64,000 nucleotides of DNA from a virus, in IMG/VR virus record IMGVR_UViG_3300032285_001316, positions 29,152 through 93,151 of that record, one strand, 5' to 3'. A program made the translations under genes and the position numbers. Every line of letters starts with the position of its first letter. The stretch's first letter is position 1. Under the pieces are notes generated by a model. It was not told where the DNA came from, did no database searches, and saw nothing but the letters and a program-made list of their open reading frames with translations. Below, piece after piece: positions 36,490-46,663 of the stretch.

Positions 36490-37458
36490 ATGGCTAACAC
36501 GACGCCCCCAGGAAATGGTGGTAGAACAGCTACATTTAGTGGAGCTGCCTACACATCTGCTTCTGGGGGCGTTCGTGGTGGTTTACCAATAACTCAAGAC
36601 ACTGCAAACGCTGTTAGCTCTAGTGGGCTTATTGGTGGGGACTACTTTATGGGTACCCCAGACTGGCAAGCGGGGTTAGCCGCACCAGGTAGTCGTGGCA
36701 CATTTTTTGACGATCAAAGCGCTGTCTCTGCCTTTCGTACTGAAGAGTCAGACCTAGACGCACTCAATGCAGCTATGGCGGCTCAAGGACTGGCCCCGAA
36801 TGAGTACGCAGAGTACTACTACGAACCAAAGAGTGCAGTAATCTCGAACTTTGTTGCAGCACCTCAAAAAGCCTCAGGTCTTACTGACATCCCTACATCC
36901 ACAACTAATTACGCCCGTCCTCGTACAGTAGCTGCTGGTTGGGCGTCTGTAAAGGACGATGAGGGAAACATCATAAACCACGAAATGGGAACTCTCACCG
37001 TGGTATTCCGTGACGGAACGCTGTGGAACTACTACGATGTTCCTCGTTCCGTATGGATCAAGTTCCACGACGCGATTTCTAAAGGACGCTCATTCCTTAA
37101 CCCACCAAACCGCAGCAACCCAAAGCCAGGTACGCTCCTCGCATACCCCAATGGCCCTGCCGACGTATCTCAGATCGATGAGAGTATTCGTCAAGCAATT
37201 TACCTAGCTGCTCGTACCAAGCAAATTTATTACAGGAATCCTAAGTCTGGACCTGCCCACTATCAGTACGTTTACCGCAAGCAAGCCGATGGCAGCATGA
37301 AGCGCACTAGAATTAAGACCTATGGTGCTGCTCAAGGGCCTTATACTGGCAATACTAATCCTGCCACTAACAGGAAAATAGCCCAGGCGGCAGCAGCAAA
37401 AGCCGCAAAAGCGTCTAAACCCACGCCACGGAATACTTCAGCTCAACGTAAGAAATAG
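36490..37458 (+). CDS. KTSC-like domain protein
   Basis: LTVVFRDGTLWNYYDVP..VW..F..A.SKG. Confidence 0.65.
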   Translation: MANTTPPGNGGRTATFSGAAYTSASGGVRGGLPITQDTANAVSSSGLIGGDYFMGTPDWQAGLAAPGSRGTFFDDQSAVSAFRTEESDLDALNAAMAAQGLAPNEYAEYYYEPKSAVISNFVAAPQKASGLTDIPTSTTNYARPRTVAAGWASVKDDEGNIINHEMGTLTVVFRDGTLWNYYDVPRSVWIKFHDAISKGRSFLNPPNRSNPKPGTLLAYPNGPADVSQIDESIRQAIYLAARTKQIYYRNPKSGPAHYQYVYRKQADGSMKRTRIKTYGAAQGPYTGNTNPATNRKIAQAAAAKAAKASKPTPRNTSAQRKK

Positions 37459-37462
37459 GGAT

Positions 37463-37783
37463 ATGCCCAAGGTTCACAACATCGGAAAAAACAGGTTCAC
37501 ACAACTCATAGATTTCCCTGTAAAATGGGAGGGCAAGTTGGCAGTACGAGGCTGGACTCAAGAGATTGAGGAACCCTTCCGTACTGCCGCACCACTTATA
37601 GTAAGACTCCCTTTCCATAAAGCGTTAGTCTTTGGGAAGTGGACTGGAACACAATCGGATGAAGAAGCCGCGCTTAACAACGCGATGCAAGGACGGGTAT
37701 TAGCAGATGAAGATTTTGAAGAAGGATGGACCCCCCCAGCAGTCCAAGCTGGAGAAGCGGATCTCTGGGATATCTACTCCTGA
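37463..37783 (+). CDS. Hypothetical protein
   Basis: Operonic ORF. Confidence 0.55.
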   Translation: MPKVHNIGKNRFTQLIDFPVKWEGKLAVRGWTQEIEEPFRTAAPLIVRLPFHKALVFGKWTGTQSDEEAALNNAMQGRVLADEDFEEGWTPPAVQAGEADLWDIYS

Positions 37784-37934
37784 GCTAGTCATGTGGGCTG
37801 AGAACTCCTTGGCCGTAATTGGCAAGGGCGTATACCACCACCAGCGTGATGGTATGGACGGGCTTAACGATGCTGAGCTGGGTGCTGAGGCGCTGCTAGC
37901 TATCGTTAAGGAACTAAAGAAGAGAATGTACTGA
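37707..37934 (+). CDS. Hypothetical protein upstream of terminase
   Basis: TGATG coupling to terminase. Confidence 0.5.
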   Translation: MKILKKDGPPQQSKLEKRISGISTPELVMWAENSLAVIGKGVYHHQRDGMDGLNDAELGAEALLAIVKELKKRMY

Positions 37935-39553
37935 TGTCTGAGTACGAAGAGATCTTCGAAAATGAGGATGAAGAAGTCGAATACAAATTCGAAGAGATTA
38001 CTCCTGAGCTTTTTGAGAATGACGAAGACGAAGATGTAGACGCTATTGACGACGACCCCGATGTAGATGAGCTAACTCAGGGGTTTGTTGACCGTCTTGT
38101 AGATAAGATGATGTCCTTTATGGACGTTCTTGTAGGACACCCACTCCACCCATACCAGGCTCCTTTGGCCCGTAGGATCATGGAGTCCGTAATCATCGGT
38201 GATGGTAAAGAAATCACCGCCCTGGCCTCACGTCAGTCTGGCAAGTCCGAGACGATCGCTAATACCGTCTCTACCCTCATGGTTCTACTGCCTAGGTTGG
38301 CGAAGATGTACCCTGATCTCCTGGGGAAGTTTAAGGACGGCATTTGGGTTGGCTTGTTTGCTCCTACAGAAGGGCAGGCAGAAACCCTCTTTGGTCGTAC
38401 CGTAAACAGGCTTACATCTCCTAGAGCATTGGAGATCCTTGGGGATCCAGAGATCGATGACGCTGCTGCCAAAATTGGTGGCGTAACAAAGATGATTCGT
38501 CTTAAGAACTCTGGCTCTACCATCACCATGATGACGGCTAACCCACGCGCCAAGATTGAATCAAAGACCTTCCACCTGATCGTTATCGATGAGTGTCAGG
38601 AAGCAGACGACTTTGTGGTTAACAAGTCGATCGCCCCCATGATGGCGTACTACGCGGGAACCATGGTAAAGACGGGCACACCAACTACTAAGAAGAACGA
38701 CTTCTACAAGTCCATTCAACTAAACAAACGCGTTCAAACTGGACGCGGAAAGAAGCAAAGCCACTTCCAGTGGGACTGGCGGGATGTCGCCAAGGTTAAC
38801 TCAGACTACGCCAAGTTCATTAAAAAAGAAATGCTTCGTATTGGAGAGGATTCCGATGAGTTCCAGATGTCGTACAACTGCAAATGGCTTCTTGAACGAG
38901 GAATGTTCGTTACGTCTAATACCATGGATGAGCTTGGTGACACTTCTCAAGAACTCGTCAAAGTCTGGCATAAGACCCCTGTGGTGGTCGGAATCGACCC
39001 TGCTCGAAAGATGGACTCCACAGTTGTCACGGTTGTCTGGGTCGACTGGGATCGACCAGACGCTTTCGGATACTTTGACCACCGTGTGCTCAACTGGCTT
39101 GAGCTACAGGGAGATGATTGGGAGGAGCAGTATTTTCAGATTGTTAACTTCCTTTCTAACTACGATGTTCTTGCTATCGGTGTGGACGCGAATGGTGTGG
39201 GCGATGCTGTGGCACAGCGACTCAAGCTTCTCATGGGTCGTTCGGAAGTCATTTCGCTTACTTCCAGCCCTACTGAGCAATCGAAGCGTTTCAAGCATCT
39301 TCAAGCCCTAATTCAGCGTCAGGCCCTGTCTTTCCCTGCACATGCTAAGACTCGTCGCCTGCGTGTATGGAAGCGTTTCTACCAGCAAATGATTGATGCT
39401 GAAGTGCAGTACAAGGGGCCTAATTTCATGGTTGCTGCCCCAGATGAGGCGTACGCTCACGATGACTTCGTCGACTCCTTGGCCATTGCGTGTTCTTTGA
39501 CACAAGAGCTGGTCATGCCTGAGGTGGAAGTCTCGACTTCTAGCTTCTACTAG
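37934..39553 (+). CDS. Terminase large subunit
   Basis: SRQSGKS Walker A, LIVIDE Walker B, GIDPA and HDDFVDS nuclease motifs. Confidence 0.92.
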   Translation: MSEYEEIFENEDEEVEYKFEEITPELFENDEDEDVDAIDDDPDVDELTQGFVDRLVDKMMSFMDVLVGHPLHPYQAPLARRIMESVIIGDGKEITALASRQSGKSETIANTVSTLMVLLPRLAKMYPDLLGKFKDGIWVGLFAPTEGQAETLFGRTVNRLTSPRALEILGDPEIDDAAAKIGGVTKMIRLKNSGSTITMMTANPRAKIESKTFHLIVIDECQEADDFVVNKSIAPMMAYYAGTMVKTGTPTTKKNDFYKSIQLNKRVQTGRGKKQSHFQWDWRDVAKVNSDYAKFIKKEMLRIGEDSDEFQMSYNCKWLLERGMFVTSNTMDELGDTSQELVKVWHKTPVVVGIDPARKMDSTVVTVVWVDWDRPDAFGYFDHRVLNWLELQGDDWEEQYFQIVNFLSNYDVLAIGVDANGVGDAVAQRLKLLMGRSEVISLTSSPTEQSKRFKHLQALIQRQALSFPAHAKTRRLRVWKRFYQQMIDAEVQYKGPNFMVAAPDEAYAHDDFVDSLAIACSLTQELVMPEVEVSTSSFY

Positions 39554-39648
39554 AAATTTCGAGTTAGTAGTGCAAAAGCGCTAAAACTACGTCAGACTTT
39601 TAAGTGGAAATAGTCGACTTTTCCATTCCATTTATTAAGGAGTTCCTT

Positions 39649-40044
39649 ATGGGTATTGCACCTGCACCCCAGTTCCCAGAGCGTGGCCCACAGGCTTACG
39701 AAGTTAAGGGAGCTGGAAACGCTGAGCGTCGTGGCCCCCTGCGTTTCGAAGAGGGCATCGCAACCGACACTGACGTCCCCACCGACTTCCAGAAGGGTAT
39801 CCAGAGCGGATTCGCTGCTGCACCTGGTCGTCCAAACCGTAACGCACCTGTTTGGCAGAAGCCTGCAGCTGAGACCCTCTCAGAGCGTGCACACGTTGGT
39901 TCGGCATCCTGGATTGAGGCCCCAACATTCCTTGGTGAGTTTGCTCACGGTTCGTTCTCGCAGAACGCCGAGCAGACTGTTGAGACCAAGGTTGTTTCGG
40001 GCGGTCGCGCACAGCGTCTCAACCCAACAGTCGTAAACGACTAA
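39649..40044 (+). CDS. Hypothetical protein between terminase and portal
   Basis: AAGGAG RBS; strong codon bias. Confidence 0.65.
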   Translation: MGIAPAPQFPERGPQAYEVKGAGNAERRGPLRFEEGIATDTDVPTDFQKGIQSGFAAAPGRPNRNAPVWQKPAAETLSERAHVGSASWIEAPTFLGEFAHGSFSQNAEQTVETKVVSGGRAQRLNPTVVND

Positions 40045-40116
40045 TAACTGTTTAGCAACCTGTCCCCATCCTCAAATAGTAGGGTGGGGATAGGTGCAGA
40101 CAGTTGAGGAGAACTA

Positions 40117-40365
40117 ATGGCAGACGTACCTGTTAACGAGAAGCTCTACGCTATGGTCGTAGGGCAGGCTAAGGCCAAGTACCGTGTCTACCCTTCTCCT
40201 GGTGCCTCTCACTGGGTACACCGCCGCTATCTAGAGCTGGGCGGTAAGTTTGAGAGCTCCATCGACAAGACTCGTCGAGAAGAAATGATGGAACACGCCA
40301 AAGAGCGTGCCGAAGAACACCGCCGTGGTAGAGACCACGATAAAAAGCATGAGGATAAGAAGTAA
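40117..40365 (+). CDS. Small basic protein (YPS..AS.WV...Y...GG)
   Basis: GAGGAG RBS. Confidence 0.6.
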   Translation: MADVPVNEKLYAMVVGQAKAKYRVYPSPGASHWVHRRYLELGGKFESSIDKTRREEMMEHAKERAEEHRRGRDHDKKHEDKK

Positions 40366-42089
40366 TGTCATTTGTAGACTTCTCTCCCCCCAGCTATAGG
40401 GCATCATCGTCCGACCTTACAATCAGCATCTCCCCTCTGGGTCTTGTAGAACTTGCTGATGAAGAGTTTGAGGTCCACGGTCCTCGCCTTAACCGCTACT
40501 CGCTCAACTGGGCTATGTACCTTGGTCACCACTGGGGTTACCGCCGCGAGCAGGGCGAGATGCAGATCTCGGTTAACTACTACCGTGCTTTCATTGACTA
40601 CCTGAACCGTTTTACCTTTGGTAACGGCGTGCACTTCCGTAGTCCTAAGTTTACTGAGGCTATCGTTCCTGACCGTCTTGCCCGTGTCTGGGAAGTAGAT
40701 AACGATAAGCAACGCGTTCTTATGGAGATGGCTCAGACGGGGTCCATTACTGGTGACGCTTTTATTAAGGTGGCTTACGAAGAGGCGTGGGAAGACACCA
40801 TTGGCCGTGTACACCCAGGCCGTGTTCGCATCCTTCCTCTGAACCCTGCGTTCTGCTTCCCTGAGTTCCACCCCCACGATCGTGGTCGTCTGCTCCGTTT
40901 CAAGCAGAAGTACCGCTTCTGGGGCACCAGCCTCGAGGGTACTCGTCAGGTATTCACCTACACCGAGATTCTTACCGATGACATCATCGAAGAGTACATC
41001 AACGATGAGCTGATTGACTCTCGCCCCAACCCACTGGGCATGATTCCCGTCGTGCACATCCCCAACATTCCAGTATCTGGTTCTCCTTGGGGCCTGTCGG
41101 ATGCACACGACATCATTACGATCAACCGTTCCTACAACGAGATCTCCACAGACATCGCGGACATCATCAACTACCACGCCGCTCCTGTTACCGTTATTGT
41201 CGGTGCTAAGGCTTCTAACCTCGAAAAGGGTGCTAAGAAGGTCTGGGGTGGTCTGCCTAAGGACGCTCAGGTATTTAACCTTGAGGGTGGTGGATCAGGT
41301 ATCCAGGGTGCTCTGCAGTACCTGGAGACGCTGAAGCGTTCCATGCACGAGCTGATGAACATCCCCGAGTCCGCTCTGGGACAGGCTCAGCCAATTTCTA
41401 ACACCTCTGGTGTAGCTCTTGCCATTCAGTTCCAGCCCCTGATGAACCGTTGGACACAGAAGTCCGCTCAGTACGGTAAGGGTCTAGAACAGGTCAACGA
41501 GCTGATCATGCTGACGCTGGCCACCAAGGAACCTGAAACTTTGGTTTACAACTCCGATGTCGATAGTGCACTGGTTGAAGGGCAGGCTACTCAGCTTGAC
41601 CCCAATGACCCAATCACATACTTGACATTTACACACTTCCCCCCTCCCCTCCCGCTCGACAAGATCGTTCTTCTTAACGAACTGCAGCAGAAGATGGCAA
41701 TGGGCCTTGAGTCCAAGGAGGGGGCGCTCCGTGCACTCGGTGAGGAATTCCCGAATGAGAAGCTTGAAGAAATTCGCGCTGAACTTCGTGATGAAGCTGA
41801 GGCTGAAGGCGCGCTGAACCTGCTGCGCGTTCAGGTACAGAAGCAAATTATGGATATGACTGGCATGATGGCTGGGCCTGACGGTACCGCTACTCCTGTC
41901 GACCCGATGATGATGGGTGATGGGGATGTTCTGGGTGATGGCGTTGTTGGACCGCCTGATGGAGTATCTCCTGCAGATGCCGCAGTGGCACAGGAGAACC
42001 AGGCTGCGGAAGCGCAGATCCGAGAAACTTTGGTAACTCAAGCATATGGAGAAAACCCTCCAGCAAAGCGAACAGTTGACAAAGACTAA
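40365..42089 (+). CDS. Portal protein (SPP1 gp6-like)
   Basis: Position and size; NPLGMIPVVH.PN...WG.SD, SGVAL motifs. Confidence 0.88.
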   Translation: MSFVDFSPPSYRASSSDLTISISPLGLVELADEEFEVHGPRLNRYSLNWAMYLGHHWGYRREQGEMQISVNYYRAFIDYLNRFTFGNGVHFRSPKFTEAIVPDRLARVWEVDNDKQRVLMEMAQTGSITGDAFIKVAYEEAWEDTIGRVHPGRVRILPLNPAFCFPEFHPHDRGRLLRFKQKYRFWGTSLEGTRQVFTYTEILTDDIIEEYINDELIDSRPNPLGMIPVVHIPNIPVSGSPWGLSDAHDIITINRSYNEISTDIADIINYHAAPVTVIVGAKASNLEKGAKKVWGGLPKDAQVFNLEGGGSGIQGALQYLETLKRSMHELMNIPESALGQAQPISNTSGVALAIQFQPLMNRWTQKSAQYGKGLEQVNELIMLTLATKEPETLVYNSDVDSALVEGQATQLDPNDPITYLTFTHFPPPLPLDKIVLLNELQQKMAMGLESKEGALRALGEEFPNEKLEEIRAELRDEAEAEGALNLLRVQVQKQIMDMTGMMAGPDGTATPVDPMMMGDGDVLGDGVVGPPDGVSPADAAVAQENQAAEAQIRETLVTQAYGENPPAKRTVDKD

Positions 42090-42226
42090 GTTTTAATTAC
42101 ATGTAATCATATAATTAAAGCTCGTTGCCTAAAATCTACGGGTTTTAGCAACACACAGGTAAGGTCATGTGGCACGCCCTTTGGGCAAATCGGAAAACGA
42201 CCAAGAGAATGAAAAGAGAATAGGTT

Positions 42227-43012
42227 ATGCCTAAACAGGAAAACAATCCAGAAGTTGCAGATGCAACAACAGACGCTCCCGCTATGGACGCTTTTAACGA
42301 AGCAGCCGCAGAGGTAGCAACAGCTGGTCCTGCTTTCACCGCTGAGGATATTTCAAAGGCGCGTGCACAGGAGAAGGCAAAGCTCTACCCTCAGGTAGAG
42401 AAACTGCAGGAGGAACTCGCAATCCTCAAGAAGGAGCGCGAGGAGCGCGAAGCCGTCGAGGCAGAACGCCGTGCAAAGCGTGCAGAACGCGAAGCACAGC
42501 GTGAAGCTGAGAAGAAGGCCCAGCAGGAAGACGAGATGTCTTTTAAGAAGCTCCTCAAAACAAAGGAAGAGGAGTTCCAGGCTCAGCTTGAGCAGGAACG
42601 CCTCGAACGCGAAAAGGCTTTCGCTCTTCTTGAGCGTGAGCGCGAGTTCCAGGAACTGCAGCAGTATCGTTCACAGCGGCTCGAAGCAGAACGAGACAAC
42701 ATCATCCCCGAGCTGATTGACCTGATCTCAGGCAACACTAAGGATGAGATCGAGCAGTCCATTGCGGGCCTTAAGGAACGCAGTGGTCGTATCTTCGAAT
42801 CTGTAGCAGCAGCATCGCAGCAGACTCGTAAGGAAATGCAGGGTGCGCGAATCACGTCCCCTGCGTCTGGACCCCTCGACAACGACTCGGAGCAGCGATC
42901 ATACTCACCAAACGACATTTCTAACATGTCTCTGGCTGATTATGCGAAGAACCGTGCCAAGTTGCTTGGCAACACAGGTAATAACCGTGCTGGACAGGGA
43001 TTGTTCGGGTAA
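42227..43012 (+). CDS. Capsid scaffolding protein
   Basis: Charged coiled coil between portal and capsid; C-terminal I..MS..DY...R. Confidence 0.8.
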   Translation: MPKQENNPEVADATTDAPAMDAFNEAAAEVATAGPAFTAEDISKARAQEKAKLYPQVEKLQEELAILKKEREEREAVEAERRAKRAEREAQREAEKKAQQEDEMSFKKLLKTKEEEFQAQLEQERLEREKAFALLEREREFQELQQYRSQRLEAERDNIIPELIDLISGNTKDEIEQSIAGLKERSGRIFESVAAASQQTRKEMQGARITSPASGPLDNDSEQRSYSPNDISNMSLADYAKNRAKLLGNTGNNRAGQGLFG

Positions 43013-43049
43013 TTTAACCAACCTAACATAACCACCGAAAGGTAATATA

Positions 43050-44186
43050 ATGGCTTCAGCTATTACTGGTTCGTCGCAGCTCGCTGCTGCACCTACCGCA
43101 TACTCAGGTTCGAACAGCCAGCTCTCGCAGGCTATTCAGACCATCTGGTCGAAGGAAATCCTCTTCCAGGCTATGCCCATCCTCCGCTTCGAGCAGTTCG
43201 CTGTTAAGAAGACCGAGCTTGGTGTTTCGCCTGGTCTGCGTGTTAACTTCCTCCGTTACAAGAACTTCGCAGTGGACCCCGCTCCACTGACCGAAGGTGT
43301 CCGTATGACCACCAACGCACTGACCGCTGAGCAGATTGCTATCACCGTTGCAGAGCACGGCTACGCCGTTGCTGTTTCGGAGCTGCTGCTCAACTCGTCA
43401 TTTGACGACATCATGGCATCCGCTTCGCGTCTGCTCGGTCGTCACATGGCTCAGTACCTGGACCTGCAGGCACGTAACACTCTGTCGGCTGCTACTTCAG
43501 CAACCTTCGGTTACGACCGCCACAGCATCTCTGGTGGTGCTTTCACCAACTACGACGAGGGTACTGTTGGTACCTCGATCGCAGATCTGGACGGCTACCA
43601 CAAGCTCACCACTGGTGCGATCAAGGACTCCGCGCTGGTTCTGGCTGGCAAGAACATCCCTCGCATTGGTGAGACCTACGTTCAGTTCATCCACCCCAAG
43701 CAGTCTCGTGACCTTCGTTCGAACCCTGAGTTCATTGAAGTCACCAAGTACGCTGCTCCTGGTAACTTCATGCTCGGTGAAATCGGTCGTCTGTACGATG
43801 TCGTATTCATCGAAACCACTCAGGTTAAGAAGCTTGCTGCTAGCCAGTCAGGTTACACCACCTCTTCACTCGTAGGTGCTCCCGCGAACCAGAGCTCAAT
43901 CTCTGACGTTCTCGCTAACACCAACCCTGGTGAGGGTGGAAACCCAGTTTCAGCAGACTACACCGCTGAAAAGGGTTACCTCACTTCTGCAACAGGCAAC
44001 TCTGCAGATGTTTACGAGTCGATCATGATTGGTGACAACGCCTTCGGTCACGCTATCTCGCTCCCCGTTGAGCTCCGTGATGGTGGCGTTCTCGACTTCG
44101 GTCGTGAGCACGCTCTGGCATGGTACTCCATCTGGGGTCTCGGTATCATCACCGACCAGGCTATCAATAAAGTCTACACCAACTGA
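43050..44186 (+). CDS. Major capsid protein (N4-gp56-like)
   Basis: LTEG, EHG, FIHP....DL, GEIGRL..V.F; strongest codon bias; position. Confidence 0.9.
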   Translation: MASAITGSSQLAAAPTAYSGSNSQLSQAIQTIWSKEILFQAMPILRFEQFAVKKTELGVSPGLRVNFLRYKNFAVDPAPLTEGVRMTTNALTAEQIAITVAEHGYAVAVSELLLNSSFDDIMASASRLLGRHMAQYLDLQARNTLSAATSATFGYDRHSISGGAFTNYDEGTVGTSIADLDGYHKLTTGAIKDSALVLAGKNIPRIGETYVQFIHPKQSRDLRSNPEFIEVTKYAAPGNFMLGEIGRLYDVVFIETTQVKKLAASQSGYTTSSLVGAPANQSSISDVLANTNPGEGGNPVSADYTAEKGYLTSATGNSADVYESIMIGDNAFGHAISLPVELRDGGVLDFGREHALAWYSIWGLGIITDQAINKVYTN

Positions 44187-44277
44187 CCCAATTACTTACT
44201 GAGAAGTAAGTAATAACTATAAACTCCCAATCTGTGGTACAGTAGTAATACTGGAAACACAGATTGGGAGTTTTAGT

Positions 44278-45012
44278 ATGTGCACTATAGAAAACTGCGA
44301 AAAAGAGACACATTCAAAGGGGCTGTGCCAAGCGCACTACCGACAAGAATTGCGGCGTGCCCGAGGCCTTAAAAAACCAGGGCCAAAGCCAGACCCCACT
44401 AAATTCCGTTCACGGCATAACCCCGACAACCCCTCTCGTTCTCGTGAGCCTAAGGGGCGCTCTCTCAAAGAAGAGTGTGTCTGGGGGCACGCATACGCCG
44501 AGCACGGGACTGTTCGAGGAGACGGGAAGCGCATCTGTAAAGAGTGCCAGCGTATTCGCACAGAAAAGTATCGCAATAAAGTTTCTCCAGACCGTAAACG
44601 CTGGGAGAGCAAAGAAGTACGTCTAGCCTCTAAGGAAAAGCGCAAGGCGGATAAAGAATACCGACAGACGCACTGCAAACGTGGGCATGAATACACCGAA
44701 GAAAATACAATTTATTATGAGAAGTTTCGTCATTGCCGTAGCTGTAGCCGCATTCGTCAACTAGAACGCAACTACGGCGTTACTGAGCAACACGTAGAGG
44801 AGATGCTTTCTAACCAAGAGAGTTCTTGCGCGATTTGTAAAGTGCCATTTGAGGGAACCCCTCGCGTAGATCACGACCATGAAACAGGGGACGTGCGCGG
44901 TCTTCTATGCCATTCCTGCAATACTCTCTTAGGGCACGCTAAAGATAGCGTCGAAACGCTTAAATCAGCTATTGAATACCTTGAGAAGTTTAGCGACAAA
45001 ACTGCAGAGTAA
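44278..45012 (+). CDS. Free-standing Endonuclease VII-type homing endonuclease with repeated Zn modules
   Basis: CAIC...VDHDHETG.VRGLLC..CN..LG; C..GH...C..C modules. Confidence 0.85.
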   Translation: MCTIENCEKETHSKGLCQAHYRQELRRARGLKKPGPKPDPTKFRSRHNPDNPSRSREPKGRSLKEECVWGHAYAEHGTVRGDGKRICKECQRIRTEKYRNKVSPDRKRWESKEVRLASKEKRKADKEYRQTHCKRGHEYTEENTIYYEKFRHCRSCSRIRQLERNYGVTEQHVEEMLSNQESSCAICKVPFEGTPRVDHDHETGDVRGLLCHSCNTLLGHAKDSVETLKSAIEYLEKFSDKTAE

Positions 45013-45079
45013 TACGTAAAACTTAATAAGTAACTGTGTTTTCAACACAAACAAAATCAAACAAGGAAGATAAACTATC

Positions 45080-45460
45080 GTGGCAACTAAACCAACTAGT
45101 CCTATGGACGCAACAGGACGCGCAGCTGAAGAAGCTGCTAAGCGTAACGCAAAAGAACTCGCAGACCGCAAAGAGGAACTCTCTATTGCTCGAGCTGCTG
45201 AGGAAGAGCTTCTTGAGAACGCGGTCTTTGACCCCAAGAAGCCAGATGCCCCTATTCTGATCGACGAGATCGAAGAGGTTGGCGTATCTCTCAAGAATGA
45301 AAAGGTGGTTATTCGTACCCACCAGGACATTGAGGACATGACGTACGGTGTAATCAACGGCACTCCGCAGAGCTACACCTTTAAGGCTGGGGTTAAGTAC
45401 TCGGTTCCTAAGGACCTGGCACTTTACCTCCAGGGCCTTGGCTATCTCTGGATCGCCTAA
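45080..45460 (+). CDS. Head-associated hypothetical protein
   Basis: GTG start; follows capsid. Confidence 0.6.
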   Translation: MATKPTSPMDATGRAAEEAAKRNAKELADRKEELSIARAAEEELLENAVFDPKKPDAPILIDEIEEVGVSLKNEKVVIRTHQDIEDMTYGVINGTPQSYTFKAGVKYSVPKDLALYLQGLGYLWIA

Positions 45461-45474
45461 TCCCTAACTAAACT

Positions 45475-45522
45475 GTCCGTCTCGCTGGTCATCTGCCCTC
45501 CTCACCAGCGAGGCGGACTTTT
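45475..45522 (+). terminator. Terminator hairpin with C-rich anti-SD-like loop
   Basis: 15-bp stem GTCCGTCTCGCTGGT/ACCAGCGAGGCGGAC, loop CATCTGCCCTCCTC, T-run. Confidence 0.7.
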
Positions 45523-45580
45523 GCTATGTAATCGCCCCAGTTATAGGCGAAAATTAATAGATAGAATCTTCGGAGGATTT

Positions 45581-46663
45581 ATGGCCACGCTTGATAGCCT
45601 CATCAATAGAGTGCGCGTTGAACTCGGTGATCTGGGTAAGTCCTTCGTTACTCAGTTTGTAGCCGATGGTAGCACCAACCGCTTCAAGCTCCACTACTCT
45701 CCTCTTGATGGCAATGGCATTATGGTATTCAAGAATGGTGTGGATATCTCCAACGAGTGCTCTGTAGAGGAATCTACTGGTGTTTTGGTAACGGACACTC
45801 TTCCTGCAGATGGTGATGAGTTCACCGTTAGCGGAACCTACTACCGCTACTTCACCGCATCTGAAATGGGGATGCTGGTAAACGACGCTCTGGTGCAGCA
45901 CACAGGCCGTACCACAGACTCCGTAGGACGCCAGATAACGGTGGCTAACCTACCCGTCATTGAGGAATATCCCGTAGCTATTTACGCCGTCACACTGGCC
46001 CTCTACACGCTTGCTACAGACTCCGCATTTGACATTGACATCCAGGCTCCAGATGGTGTGACTATTCCCCGTGCTGAGCGTTACCGTCAGCTCATGGAAA
46101 TGGTACAGACACGTCGTGAGCAGTACCGTGAACTGTGCACCTACCTGGGTGTCGGTATGTACAAGATTGACGTACTCAGCCTTCGCCGTGTTTCTAAGGC
46201 TACAGGCCGTTACGTTCCTGAGTACAAGCCACAGGAAGTCGACGACCGCTCCTACCCACAGCGGGTACACATTCCAGAGCCTACGTATGGCGACCAGCCT
46301 GCAGAGTGGCCCACCAACGGTGGCGAGTTTACCGCTTATCAGGGGCGCGCGTTTAGTGCTGACGTTGCCTTTAGTGGAACGTTTGACTCAAGTACAAGCT
46401 TTATCGCTCGTTTGCTAAACCAGCGAGGCAGCGTTGTCCATGTTATGGACTTTGATCTTTCAGTAACTGATGATGGATCAGGTAACTACGTGGCGACATT
46501 AAGCCTGACTCCAGACCAAACGCTCTTGTTGGCCAACCGTACATACTGGTCGATTGAACTTGTTGATCCCAACAACACTGACCCTAATAGTGGAACGTAC
46601 TTGCCTAATGAGATCAGGGGAGGCAACTTCTTCACGGTTCGTGCAAGTGAGGTAGTTCTTTAA
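45581..46663 (+). CDS. Head-to-tail adaptor-like protein
   Basis: LI.RVR.ELGD N-terminus; position after capsid. Confidence 0.6.
   Translation: MATLDSLINRVRVELGDLGKSFVTQFVADGSTNRFKLHYSPLDGNGIMVFKNGVDISNECSVEESTGVLVTDTLPADGDEFTVSGTYYRYFTASEMGMLVNDALVQHTGRTTDSVGRQITVANLPVIEEYPVAIYAVTLALYTLATDSAFDIDIQAPDGVTIPRAERYRQLMEMVQTRREQYRELCTYLGVGMYKIDVLSLRRVSKATGRYVPEYKPQEVDDRSYPQRVHIPEPTYGDQPAEWPTNGGEFTAYQGRAFSADVAFSGTFDSSTSFIARLLNQRGSVVHVMDFDLSVTDDGSGNYVATLSLTPDQTLLLANRTYWSIELVDPNNTDPNSGTYLPNEIRGGNFFTVRASEVVL

Noticed and set aside
40404-42041. Antisense ORFs of 257 and 185 aa over the portal gene
   Set aside because: Shadow ORFs caused by strong codon bias; no RBS or recognisable motifs
37934-45012. 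Intron or intein in terminase or capsid associated with the endonuclease
   Set aside because: Both ORFs are uninterrupted and of normal length; the endonuclease is free-standing
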